Shown: one piece after another, positions 12,099-25,406 of the stretch
Layout of the letters: the number at the start of each line of letters is the position of its first letter
Numbering within the stretch: the first letter of the stretch is position 1
Notes under the pieces: model-generated
Seen by the model: only the letters and a program-made list of their open reading frames with translations
Database searches by the model: none
Told to the model about the DNA's origin: nothing
Position numbers and translations under genes: made by a program
From: Blepharisma stoltei ATCC 30299
Lineage: Eukaryota; Protista; Ciliophora
NCBI GenBank assembly: GCA_965603825.1
Contig: CBFDEM010000036.1
Span: 930,001 to 994,000 of the forward strand
Length of the DNA: 64,000 bases
Direction of reading: 5' to 3'

Positions 12099-12231
12099 CA
12101 CTCATCAATGGATATTTCCTTAATTTTTGTTATTTTATATCAAAATAACACTAAAAATCATATTTCTTCATAATCCTTCAGACTTTTATCCTCCTCTTAA
12201 AAATGAAAATTAAATTTATTTGTTTTAATAA

Positions 12232-15200
12232 ATGGCGGACTTTTCAGAAGCAGGCCCACAAGTAATAGAAATTTGTGAAGGAGGGATTTCTCTATACGGC
12301 AAAGACGGCAATCGATACGCAGTTCCAGTTCCCCAGCAGCTAGTCCAAGTTTTTTACATCTCAGACGGATTAATATTGAAATGTAAAGCTGAAAAGAAAT
12401 TCCATCATTCTCAAGTCCTTGGCTCCGCTGCAATTACAGCCCCTTTATATACTTATTTAGTCTTAACCAAGCATCCTTATAGTGATTTATACCCTTTGGC
12501 AGATATCCAAAAAAATTTGTGGGTGTCTACACACATTGATATTGTTTATACAAGTAAAAGGTTCCCATTATTTATTGCTTATGATAGCTCTATAAATAGT
12601 CATGCTATTTATCTGATAAGGGTAAATTTAGAGCTGCTTAATAAAGAAACCATTGATATGGCTTCTTTAGATCCTAATAAAAGAGACGATTTTTTCAGCA
12701 AACATGTAGGAAGTGAGCCTTTACTTGTAGTAGAAAAAATTTATGAAATTTCTGATAGCATGTGTAGGTTTAGTCATATTGATATAGCGGTACCAACTGA
12801 TCCTCAAGAAATGATGATTTATTTACAAAGCCAAGAAAAAATCAGAATTTTAAGGTATAGATTGGAAAATGATAAAGGGTTTCCTTATAACTGCATTGAA
12901 GAAATTTCTGCAATAGAAAACGCTATAGAGTTCAAAACTGTTAAAAGAAGCTGCTTTATTTCTCACAAGCAGCCAATAAATACAGAAACCCCTACTTTAT
13001 CATTCTTTTTAAGCCAAACCCAAGAATTTTCGTCATTTTTATACGTCTACTCAAAATCCCACGAAATTCATATTTATGATGGCCAATACCTCCTCTGCGT
13101 CTTATCTCCTTCAGACATCACCCTTTCCCCATCAGAAAATTCTCTGACCTCCTGCATGACAATCCCAATCGAAATAAACCATTCCCTAATAAAAAAATGC
13201 ATGGGTGTTCTCTATTTAATCCTCCCTCCATCTCTTTACCAAACCATCCAAGCAGATCTCATTCATAGGCTCCTCACAAGCAGGATAAGGACTGAAAATG
13301 ACAATTTTCCAGACAAAGGAAAAGACAAATCTAACGAATGAGCCTTATTTTCATCACTAATTATAAGCTTGCTAAAAGAATCAAAAAATAAAACTGACTC
13401 AAAAAGGCCAAGGCTTGCATATAGCAATGAAGCTGCAGGAGAAAGTGACAGCTTGTGGGATAATTTATTAAGTTCTAGATTTCATTTTGAAAATAAACCA
13501 CATTTTAAGAAAATATTCCCTGAACATTTTTCGGAAACTTTGATAAGAGGGAATGAAGGGATTAGCCTTGAGCTTAAAACATGCCCTAGTACTTTTACAA
13601 GGCATATTTTTACAATTTTAAAAGCGTGGCATTTATTGTATGAAGATATGAAGTTAGATATGTTTGAAAGGTCAGCTATGGTAGATTTAGGTGGCTTGAT
13701 TTATGTGATTTCAAGGCAATTAGGAAAATATGGAACAAATTTAGCTGAATATTATTATAGTGAAATAAAAGATACCAAAGAAATGTATAGAGAAAGTGGG
13801 GAAAACATAGAAAAATACCTAGAAGCAAATGTCGAAATCGAAGATTTCGACCTTCCAAATATTTACTCCTGGCTTAAATCTGTCTTAAATAACCAAAATC
13901 CTCCGCAAATGCCAATTCTCCTAGAGAAAACTCGCAAAATCTGCCGAATTTTTGAATGTCTATCAATATACCACCCGTTAACCTACAATTTCATATCAAG
14001 CACTAAAGAAGACACAAACATGGACTCCGATTTGGCTCTTTCCCAGTCATTCCCTATCTTAACCTACAGCTTAAATCCTTACCAGAAGAAAATAATTTCC
14101 CTTAATTCCTCTTCTCCTTTTGAAAAAATCATTGAAATTTTGGTCAATGAAAATTTTACTGAGCTTAATTTACAAAGTTTACCGCCTGCATTTTCTCTTA
14201 TTATATATGAAATTATTAGAAAAATCCAATTAAATCCGCCAGCTAGCTCAAATACGTGGCCAAAAGAAGCCCTGGAGTTTATACATAGGGTAGATATACA
14301 TTTAAATAATGAGCTGGTTGAAGAAAAACATATAACACTGAAAGGGCAGCCTTTTGAGGAACAATATGAACAGATCCTTAAGCTAGAGCTAGACAAAGAA
14401 GAAGACTTGGGGAGTGGTCTTGTAGAATATATTTTTCCGAATGATTTGAGACTTGAAGAAGCCCAATGCATGCTTGATGTAACAAGAGCTATAAAAATGA
14501 GACTCCCCGACAATGTCGTCTCTGAAGAACAATTTGAAGCTGAAAAGCACAACTTACTCTACAAAATCTGCTTAAAAAGAGCTTCTACCGCTATTGGATA
14601 TGGCGCACTCACTTTAGGGACCTCCAAAGCTTCCCCTACCTCTGCGTCCCAAGTCCCTCAAATTAATTTTTCCGCCTTTTTGCCTCCGAATTTTGACGTA
14701 AAAATGAATATGCCTCAAAATGAGCTAGAAACCCGAGAAAAAGATTTTATGGTTTGGCCGAAATTTCATATAGGTGTAGCAACTGGTCTAAAAATGCTTT
14801 CAGAAAATCCTAAAGATTATGTAAAAAATCGGCAATGGATTACTTATCATAGAGGAGAAGAAGAATCTAATGAGCATGCTGGGTTTATTTTTTCCCTTGG
14901 ACTATTAGGGCAGCTAGAAGCTCTGCATGACCTAGACATTTACCGTTATTTAAGAGCTGAACAAGAATCAATTATTATTGCAATTTATTTAGGAACAGCT
15001 GCCTCTGCATTAGGCTCAATGGACGAAAAAATAATGAGGCTTCTAAGGATTTCTATAGCCTTTTTAATCCCTCCTTTTGTAGATATTGATATAAAACTTA
15101 CACAAGAGGCTGCATCTATGATGGGATTTGGGCTATTATATAAAGAATCAGGAAATCGCCAGGTAACTGAAATGCTGCTGGTACAGCTGGGCAGAAAAGC

Positions 15201-16845
15201 ATTGACTAATAAAGACATTGAAAGAGAAGGGCTATCATTGGCTGCAGGTTTGGCTTTAGGAATCGTAAATTTGGCTTCTGAAGGGAAAACACCTGGTCTT
15301 GAAGATTTGGTAATTGATGAAAGACTTATTAGACTTTTTGAAGGAGGAAGAAGAATGGCGCCTCCTAAAATTTTGCAGACTGGCTATCTTATGAGTGAGT
15401 CTGCTAAATGTAGTGTCGCAAAAGAAGGCGATAATATTGTTACTACGATCACAGCGCCTGGAGCATTGCTGGCATATGCCCTGATACACTTGAAGTCAAA
15501 TAATGCATTAGTTGCAGAAAAAATTGAAATTCCGACAACATTTTATGCACTGGAGTGGGTTAGGCCAGAACACGTTATGATCAAAATTTTAGCTAAAAAT
15601 TTAATTTTATGGGACTCTATACAAGCTACAAAAGACTGAATTTATTCTCAAATTCCGGAAATAATCAGATTTTGCTTTGAAAATGACCTAAAAACAGTCC
15701 AAAATTCGTTCCAAGAGCGAGGAGAAATCGATTTTAACGCTATTTCCAATTCTTATCTTTATATAATTGGAGGTGCCTTGCTTTCTCTTGGCTTTAAATA
15801 TGTGGGAAGTGGAGATACTACGGTTGCAGCCTTGATTTCTGATGAAATTTTGAAAATTAAAGACTTAAAAGCGACAGTTTTAGGAGGACCAGTAGATTTT
15901 ACAGACCAAAATAAGAACTCCGTAGAGAAACATGCGTTATTTACTGTCATTTGTGCAGGAGCTTTAGCATTAGGATTGGTAATGGCTGGGACTGGGGATT
16001 TGTCGACGTTCAAAATCATAAAATTGATTAGAAAACGTGTGGAAGGAGACTATGGGTTTAATATGGCTCATCATATGGCAGTTGGGTTTTTATTTATGGG
16101 AAATTGCCAATATTCGTTTTCTAGCTCAAATTTTGCAATAGCTGCATTACTAGCTTCAATTTATCCAAAATTCCCAGCGACTTCTGCAGATAACAGACAC
16201 CATTTGCAAGCATTTCGACACCTTTATGTACTTGCTTTAGAAAAAAGGCTATTAGTCACCAAAGATGCTGACACAAAAATCCTTGCCCATGTCCCTATAG
16301 AAGTCGAGTATTCTGATATAGGCACAAGGACAGAAAATTCCCCATTTTTATTAAGGCCTTTAAATCTTGTCAAACAGCTAAAAGTTGTAGGGAAAGATTA
16401 TTATAATTACAACTTAGACATCAAAGCAATTCCAAAGCTAGTTTTATATACAAAAAGGCAGATAGCTGCACATGAGCTAGAAAGTGGAGCTTGGAATTGG
16501 CTTAAAAAGCTAGGGACTGCAAGCCCTGAAGAAATAGAAAACTGGATTGGGAGTGCGAGTACTCCAGAGAAGTTTATTGAAACCCAAGAAATTATAATTC
16601 CTCAGTTTTTAGATCAACAAGACAGAATTAAGAAAAACACGATCTTATTCAAACTCCTGCAATTTTGTATCTCCCAAAACAAGCCAGAGCTGATTTCACA
16701 GTTGTTTTCTATATTTTATTCTCAAAACAACGATTTTGAATGTGTCCTTGCATTTTACAAAAAATTAGCAATAGATTACCAAGACTCCTCTTATAGCGCT
16801 CTACAAGAATTCATATCTTCAGCATTATTAAGCCAATCTTTTTAA
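12232..16845 (+). CDS. ANAPC1: Anaphase-promoting complex subunit 1
   Basis: Three ORFs in one frame joined by TGA; PC-repeat motifs WPKFHIGVATGL, HAGFIFSLGLLG, YGFNMAHHMAVGFLFMG, DNRHHLQAFRHLYVLA. Confidence 0.92.
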
Positions 16846-16899
16846 GAATTATTAATAAAAATAATGAAGCTTTGTAGCTAATCCTTTTCATAATAAAAT

Positions 16900-19089
16900 A
16901 TGAGCGCAATAGGGAAATTAGGCAAACAGCCTAAAAAGACAATGGTCATTGAGCCATTTGACGACATTCCTAAAGTCTCAGAAAACTTCGCTGATGATTC
17001 TTGGGTCAAATTAGAAGATGCTTTGAACGCAATAATTACAGCATCTAGAACAAACATTTCTAGAGAAGAACTCTATAGGCTTGTCAATAGCATTTGTGTT
17101 CAGAATCTCAATGAATGGCTTTATGAGAGACTTGTACAGAAGCTTCAAGGCTGAATAAGAGAAGAGATCGTAAGACTTAATGGAATTCAAGGCTCAGACT
17201 TGGATTTCTTAAATCAATTAGATAACAAATGGAGTGATTTTACGTCCCAAGTATCCACTATAAGGCAAATTTTTCTGTATTTAGAAAGAGCTTATATGGT
17301 AAACCAAAAAGTGAATAAAACCATTACAGATCTAGCCTATAACATTTTCAAAGCAAATCTAATAGAAAATCAGCCGGTTTATGCTAGAATGATCAATGGA
17401 GCGTTAAGGATGATATATGAAGAAAGAATGCAAGAAATGGACCATAGGATTCTTCTTAAAAGAATTATTATGATTCTCCAAACTTTAGTTATATACAGAT
17501 TAGATTTTGAACAAAAATATATAGAAGAGACTGATAAATTTTACCAAGACGAAGGCTTAGACAAGATAAACCAGCTCTCTGTGTCTGATTATTTAGCATA
17601 TGTAGAAAAAAGGCTTAAAGACGAATCTGATAGGCTGAACCATTATTTAGATATAAGCACCTCTAAGCCGACAATTCAGAAACTCGAAATCAGACTTATA
17701 AAAGAAAAAGCAGAAATTGTCATTGAAAAAGGACTATTACAGCTTTTTGAAGCTTATAAAGTACCAGATTTACAAAGACTTTATGTCTTGTTTAAGCGTG
17801 TAGAGTGCCACTCATTGATTGAGTCAGGCTTTGAAAAAGTTTTGCTAGGTAAAGGTAATTCTATAGTCCAAAACAATGAAAATAGAGAGTCTGTTATAAA
17901 TGAGCTGCTTGAGCTTCAGTCAAAAGTTGATGTAATACAAAGCCAAGCTTTTGAAAATAATTTGAAAATTAAATACGCTAATAAAAGAGCATGGGAGCAG
18001 TTTATGAACTCAAAGCCTGACATAGCCCAGCTGCTAGCTAAAGATCTAGATGAGCATTTAAATAAAAATTCAAAAATCAAGATGCGTGACGAAGAATTTT
18101 CAGCACATTTTACAAGTATTATAGACTTATTCAGACATGTGACAGCTAAAGACATTTTTGAAGCTTTTTATTGCAAAAAATTAGCGAAAAGGCTTTTACT
18201 AGATTCAAGTAAATCCAACGAAGCTGAAAAATCAGTCATTGCTCTCCTAAAAGCTGAATGCGGATCTACATTTACAGCCCGTATTCACAATATGTACAAA
18301 GATATGGAACTTTCCCACACCCTTATGGAATCCTTCAACCAAACTTATGGAAGCCAAATCGAGAGGACTGGTCTGAGCTTCCACGTTTGGACCTTAACTG
18401 GTTCAGTCTGACCTCAAGTTTCCCAAGTCAAAGCTATTTTACCCCCAGACCTCAAAAGTATCCAAGATCTCTATACAAATTTCTATACCACCAATATCAA
18501 AAAGAAAATTTTAACTTGGCAAACCTCCATGTCCCACTGCAATTTAAAGGCAAAATTCAACTCAGGAATAAAAAACATACAAGTTTCCCTTCATCAAGCC
18601 TTAATTCTTCTGCTATTCAATGACAAAAATGTGTGTACAATGGAGGACATTATGAGAGCTACTGGGCTTCCTGAAGAAGAAATAAAGCGTGAAATAATCC
18701 CAATAGTCTTCAAGCATAAAATTTTATTAAAGAACCCTGCTGGAAAAGATATAAATAAAACCCATCAATTTAGCTTAAACGAGAATTTTTCATCAAAATT
18801 GATGAGAATTAAGGTAAATTCTTTGCAAATTAAAGAGACTGTGCAGGAAACTCATGAAACTATTGAAAAAGTGCTGAATGAGAGACAGTATATAATTGAT
18901 GCAGCTATTGTGAGAATTATGAAGTCGAGGAAAAGATTGACACATACCCAGCTTATTTCGGAAAGTTTGGCACAGCTGCCTTTTACACTGCAGCCTGTTG
19001 ATATAAAGAAGAGGATTGAGAATTTGATTGAAAGGGATTATTTGAGTAGAGATGAAAATGATAGATCAATTTACAATTACGTGAGCTAA
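16900..19089 (+). CDS. CUL4: Cullin (CUL4-like)
   Basis: IRQIFLYLER, KDIFEAFYCKKLAKRLL, LKAECGSTFT, DAAIVRIMKSRK neddylation motif, KKRIENLIERDY; TGA=Trp at 17152 and 18409. Confidence 0.88.
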
Positions 19090-19560
19090 ATAATAATGAG
19101 ATTGTATTAAACCTGAGGAGTAATGATTTTTCTTAATTTTAAATAAATTGAGGTGAATAAGATTTTATATCAGAAATAAAAATAAGAATTGAAAATATAG
19201 TAAATTTAATGCTGAATATGCAAAAATAATTCAATAAAATAGACCTATTTAAATACAAATAATAAATAAAAACTATTTGAATTATTTATTTAAACTATAA
19301 ATAATTAATTATAACCTTCAAATTTCTATCATTCAATTCATAAATATTTTCATAACTTATCATTTCTGATTACAAATTTTATTTAATTAAATTAATATCT
19401 GCTTTTGCAGCTTGATTTCTTCATTTATTTCTTAACTAGCCTTAAACAATCCTATGTCTTTCACATCACTTTCTATTATCATCTCTCTCAATAATATTTT
19501 GAATTCGGCATTTTACTTACCATTCTACCATTTAAAAATGGAATTTATAAATAATAGCCA

Positions 19561-20781
19561 ATGAAGGTTTTAATAGCTGACCTTTTCAGTCAATCAGCCA
19601 TTGAAGAAATCCAGCTCTGTGGCATCGAACTTGTCTATAAACATCAGCTCAATGGAGATTCCTTGGCATCCGAATTATCCCGCTTCGCTCCTGAGATCCT
19701 GGTCGTCAGATCAACCAAAGTTACATCTCAGCATATTAACGCTTCCCCAACTTTGGAATTTATCATTAGAGCAGGCGCCGGAACTGATAATATTGACTGT
19801 CGAGCAGCTAGTGGCAAAGGTATTTATGTCGCAAATTGTCCTGGGAAAAACTCAATAGCGGTCGCAGAACTTGTGCTAGGGTTAATGCTGGCTATTGACC
19901 GCAGAATCCCTGAAGGAGTATCCCTTTTAAAGCAAGGCAAATGAAATAAAGGCATGTTTTCTGAATGTTCTGGGCTAAAAGGAAGAAAATTAGGAATCAT
20001 TGGTCTAGGGGCGATTGGAAAAGAAGTGTCTGTCCGAGCCAAAAGTTTTGGTCTCGAAGTCTATGGGACTGACCCATCTGTAACCCCATCCCAAGCCCAA
20101 TCTCTCGGCATCGAATACTGTCCTTCAGCCTTAGACCTGGCAAGGATCAGTGATATTATAACTTTTCACGTCCCAGCCACCCCAGAAACCCGAGGACTTA
20201 TTAATTCTGCCTTTATTTCCAATTGTAAAGAAAATGTGACGTTAATTAATACATCTAGAGGAGACATTGCAAATGAACAAGAGTTGCTATATGAACTGAA
20301 TCAAAGGCCAGGGCTTTGATATGCTTGTGATGTATACCAGGGTGAGCCAGCAGCTAAAGAGGGGGATTTTATGCATGCCCTGGCTCAGCATCCTAGAGTA
20401 TATGGAACTCATCATATTGGGGCTTCTACAAAACAAGCAGAAAATGCTATCGGGCAAGAAGCACTGAGAATGATCCTTATGTATTATCGTACAAGAAAAG
20501 TAGACCCTAGTAATTTAGTAAACATGCAAGTCAGGCCACTTGCTAATTATTCTGTCATAGTCAGACACTATGGGCAGCATGGAGCGCTTACCACACTTAT
20601 GGAACTTTTAAAAGAAGCGGAGTTCAGAATTCTGGATTTTGAAAATAAAGCGTTCAAAGATGGTGCTTCCTTTAAGGCGATCATAAATATTGACTGCAAT
20701 AATCCGTTGTATTTGGAAGGGATAGTGAAAATTCTTTCTGAACAAGAAGATGTAATTCATTGTAATGTCGTCCATCTTTAA
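19561..20781 (+). CDS. PHGDH: D-3-phosphoglycerate dehydrogenase with C-terminal ACT-like domain
   Basis: VVRSTKV, RAGAGTDNID, NSIAVAEL, GLGAIG, INTSRG, THHIGAST; three ORFs in one frame. Confidence 0.88.
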
Positions 20782-20801
20782 TTAAATTAGATTAATAAGT
20801 A

Positions 20802-21494
20802 ATGAAGCCATATATACAGCTTTATAAAAAGAAACGAAATAGTGATATTCAGCAACTCCCTGACCGATGTGCATCATCAACTATCAAAGCTTTACTTAAT
20901 GAAGGCAGAAATCTTTATAGAAAACACCATAGACTATTTTCTCAAGGCTGCACTGCTCTCTCTACAAACGAAACTCCAGATTTGCCTTCTGAAGATCTCC
21001 AAATCCCTCATCTTCGAGTAGAATTTCCTAAAAAATTCTTAAATAATGAATCAACGCAAATTGATGAATATTTTCATCATGAAGATCCTTATGAAAGTGA
21101 AGACTCAGAATTTACTAATCAGCTTTTAAGAAAATGGGCGAACCCGACAGTTTATAAAGAAGAAAGAAAAAGTCACAATTTTTCTGAAAGACAAACCCCA
21201 GTTTCTCTATTTGATGTAAGCTTTGATAGACCAAGGACTTATAAGTTTCATATGAATAAAACAATTATGCCTAAAAATGTGCTAAGAGGAAAACTATATA
21301 AAGGGAAAATTAAGGAGATAGGAAAAAAAGGAGGAAATTTGAAGAAGATAGACGATTTGAGGGTAAAATCGCCGAAGTTTTTTAAGGATGCTTTGGAGAA
21401 GGTTGATAAGATTTCAAAGCGGCATGAGTCTATGAATCCTTGAACCAGGGTAGCAGGATGAAGACTGAAAAGCAGCTCTGTCTATGTAAATTAG
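20802..21494 (+). CDS. Hypothetical protein
   Basis: ORF extended through two TGA to TAG at 21492-21494. Confidence 0.6.
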
Positions 21495-21690
21495 TAGTCT
21501 TAGCAAATTTAATATTATTTCTAATATTTATATTTTTTCTCATTTCGTTTTGAGTTAAATGTTTATTGACAGAATAGTCAATAACTATAAAATTGAAAAA
21601 TTATTTAAAAATGGTCATTACGAGATAATTATTCTCCGACTTATTATGTATCTTTCTAGCACCGGAAACCTTAAATACCTTTTAATTAAG

Positions 21691-22260
21691 TATTTTTATA
21701 ACCAATTGCTGGATTCCCTCCATTGCAAAATCCTCATCAAATTCTAGAAGCTGTTGTCCTCTTTAACCAAAATGCAAATTTGCGCAACTGCAAAGCTTTA
21801 AAGAAATTTTGCAGTTTTTTACGTCAGCATTATCAGTCAACAATGCAGGAGCTTGAAAATTTGCAGCACCAAGATAATAACCCTTTTCACTCCAGCTCTT
21901 CAAGCTTCTAAAGCTAGTTTAAGAAAATCTCAATGCATTAAGTGCATAATTGCTCAATTTGCTTAGAATCACGGCATGCATGCATATTTTCCATGAGAAT
22001 TGTTTGAGAGCATTGATAGAAAACGGGGCGAGGAGGGCTAAATGCCCTATTTGCAGAAAATCTCTCATAGGCATATTTTGATGCTAAATGGCTGCAAAAA
22101 TTAATATTTTAATTTCTGATAAATATTTGCATTTTATGTATGAAATTTAAGCAGCGCTCTATTTTTTAAAGGATTTTGCAAACGAATACAAAATGATAAG
22201 GCAATATAAAAAAGGACGAATAAATAAATATTAAAAATTGTCCAAAAATTGCAAATGAGT
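21691..22260 (+). pseudogene. 3' relic of the 35490-38150 receptor-RING gene plus its downstream flank
   Basis: Colinear with ~37740-38340 (attctagaagctgttgtcctctttaaccaaaatgcaaatttgcg shared); indels, stops, deletion inside the RING. Confidence 0.85.
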
Positions 22261-24014
22261 ATTATTTAAAAAGAATTTAAAAAAATTATACTTTATTTTG
22301 TTAGGCACTTTTAAATCATTAAGTCTAAAACAAATAATAGAGCCAAGATCTCTAGTACACTGCTTTTTGATTTCATATAGAGTAATAGTGTCCTATAAGG
22401 TTTATTTTATCTTTTTAATGGGGAGGTAGCAGAAATTATTTTATGATATTAGGTTTATAAAGGACTGATATTATCTAATACCTATTAACGCAAGCGAAGT
22501 ATATATAGAACTTCTTTTTAGATTATTCATTTTGATGCATCAATTGCAATCCAAATGTTTGTTATTCTAATTATGGATATATCGCCATTGTGATACTAAG
22601 TGAATACTTTAAAAAATCATGAATTTGCAGTAATATTTTATAAAAGTTAGTTTTATATGGCTTAAATATTGTAAATATGTCTAAAAATTATAGAAGAATT
22701 AATTAAAGTTATAAGATGATATGATAAAGATTATACTTTTGCTTTTTATTACAGCGTTTTGCAAGTTAAGAATCTCATACCCTCCAGAACTATATAAACT
22801 TTATCCTGATAATATCGTCCCTTCTGTTACTGCTAATCTTAGAAGATTTCCAACTTACACTCAAGGTAGTGTCGGATTTTTACCAAACAATACAAATCCA
22901 TGTGACAAAAGCTCATGACCTCAATTTTCTAATTCACAGTTTTTGCTATTATGAATACAACTTGCGATTACTCAACTGTTGTTCAAATTGCCCAAGAAAG
23001 AGGAGCTCAAGGTGTCATTTTTGTGCTGAATTTGACTAATTCAAGATTAAAAAAAGTTTTGATATCTCCAGGCATTCATACCAATATATTTGTTGCAGGT
23101 ATTTCAAATGGGTATATTAATATATGAAGAAAATTCAAGCAGGGTACAATATTGGTTGAATTCGATCACGACTGGATATTTCAGGAAAAACCAAGAATTT
23201 CGATATCACTTACAGGAAATTATAATTATGATAACGAATGATATTTGTATCTATTTCCTATTTATAAAAATGATGTGGATATAGACTTATTCTTTAATTA
23301 TTCATTTTCATGTTCTGATTGTCACCCAAATGACTGTTATTATAATAATAAATACTGCATGATTGATGACATAGATAATGCTAATGGAAGAGATATGATT
23401 GATAGAACACTATTGGAAATGGCTTTGTTTGAATATACACAATTACACTCCCTATATTTAGGCACTTTTGCTATATTTTTACATGAACTAGGAAATTCAT
23501 GCTCTAGCGATTACTCAAAGAATTGCAGTAGTAATGTTTTAAATTGGCTAAAAGTTGACTTAGAAGAAATTCAGAGTAGAATTGACATGTCCTGAGAATC
23601 GTATAAGAATGAAGAATACGTAGATAATTATGAACTCAGGAGGCAATATAACAGATGGATAAATAAACAATATTTTGAACCTATACCAAGCATTACCATA
23701 GGTAATATTACGCTTGGCTTAGATCAAGGATACGGTCTCCAAACATATATATGCAATTATATTAGATATACATCATATGTTTGTGATGATACCTGCAGTA
23801 AGGATTGCGCAATTGACGATTTAAGCGATGGCTATTGTAATAAAAATTGTAAAACAGAATCTTGCTTATATGATATTCAAGACTGTAACAGTTTTTTTGA
23901 TTTTTGTGATGACTTTCACGATGATGTTTGTCGTTATAGCTCTGGTGGCGATGAAGATTTAAGCAAAACTTCTATAATACTAATTGCAGTGTTTAGCTGT
24001 GTTGGATTTTGTTG

Positions 24015-24029
24015 GTAATTTTTATTTAG
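24015..24029 (+). other. 15-nt intron in TM of receptor copy 1
   Basis: GTAATTTTTATTTAG, in-frame TAA. Confidence 0.85.
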
Positions 24030-24129
24030 TTTTGGTTGTTGTTGTTGTTGTTATTACTTTTGCTATTGTATTAAATTCATAAAAGATTACTATCGGGATC
24101 GAGAAAATCAGAGCCCTTCAGAAATCCGA

Positions 24130-24468
24130 GAGTTTCCTCTGCCTCACTTGCCACCCTCACCTCCCTCACCTCCCTTGCCTCCCTCACCTCCCTTGCCTCG
24201 CCCACTTCCCTCACCTTTATTTCGCCTATCTTTACCGATTCGTAGATATTTACCTAGAGTAAATGTTCCAAGCTCTTCTTCTGATAATGATAGTCAAAAT
24301 AGTTCTGAGTTTCCTCTGCCTCACTTGCCACCCCCCTTGCCTCCCTCACCTCCCTTGCCTCGCCCACTTCCCTCACCTTTATCTCGCCTATCTTTACCGA
24401 TTCGTAGATATATACCTGGAGTAAATGTTCCAAGCTCTTCTTCTGATAATGATAGTCAAAATAGTTCT
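24130..24468 (+). repeat. Internal tandem duplication of the Pro/Ser-rich cytoplasmic linker (177 + 162 nt)
   Basis: EFPLPHLPP...LSLPIRRY..VNVPSSSSDNDSQNSS occurs twice. Confidence 0.9.
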
Positions 24469-25406
24469 GAAGATGAAATTGGTTCAGAGAGTAGCAGGCA
24501 ACTTAACAATAGTTCTGAGGTTAGAACTAGTATTCAAAACAGTTCTGAAAATAATTCAGATTATGGGTTTTTTGGAGATGCGACTTGCTCAATTTGCTTT
24601 GATGAAATCACAGAGGAAAATATGAAAATTACAAAATGCAAGCATATTTTTCACAAAAATTGCTTAAAGGTGTGGACAGATACGAAAGGTAGAAATGCGA
24701 AATGTCCTAATTGTAATGAGAAAATTCGTTAGAAGATGCTACTTTTATTAGCTTTAGTTTAAGTTAAGAATATTTTATAATAAGTTGGCAAATTTTTTCC
24801 GTGTTTATCAAGAGCAATTAAGTAGATGATTTTTTTTATTTGTAAAATCCAATTTATGCGCTATTGTATGGAGTGCAATGCAGTTCTATTTTAATGACGT
24901 TTTGCCTATACATTTTCTGAAGCATCGTGCTGTTTTTCTATAAGTTTTATTAAATGCCTTGCTACTAGTTTTAGCGCTTGTATCGGCACTTTAAAAATCA
25001 TTAAGCCTAAATCAAGTAATAGAGCCAAGATCTCTAGTATACTGTTTTTTGACTGCCAGAAAGAGTATATGAATTTAAATAGTCTCCTTCAGAGGGCTAA
25101 TTTTATCTTTTAATGGGTGTGGTAGCAGAATCATTTTATGAAGGAGGTTTATAAAGACTGATATTATCTAATGCTTAATAGCGTAGTCAAAGATAGAACT
25201 TCTTTTTAGATTATTCATATTGATAAAATAATTGCAACCCAAGCACTTGCTATTCTAATTATGGATATATCGCTATTGTGATTCTAAGTGAATACTTAAA
25301 AATCATGAATTCGTAGCAATATCTAATAAAAGTTAGTTTTATATGGCTTAAATATTGTAAATAGGTCTAAAATTTATAGAAGAATTAAATAAAGTTATAA
25401 GATTAT

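Larger units (their letters stand above)
22721..24732 (+). pseudogene. PA/VSR-like-LNR-TM-RING-H2 receptor, copy 1 (one frameshift)
   Basis: 1-nt deletion at ~22935 versus copy 2; intron 24015-24029; poly-Cys TM; duplicated Pro-rich tail; RING CSIC...CKHIFHKNC...W...CPNC. Confidence 0.8.
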
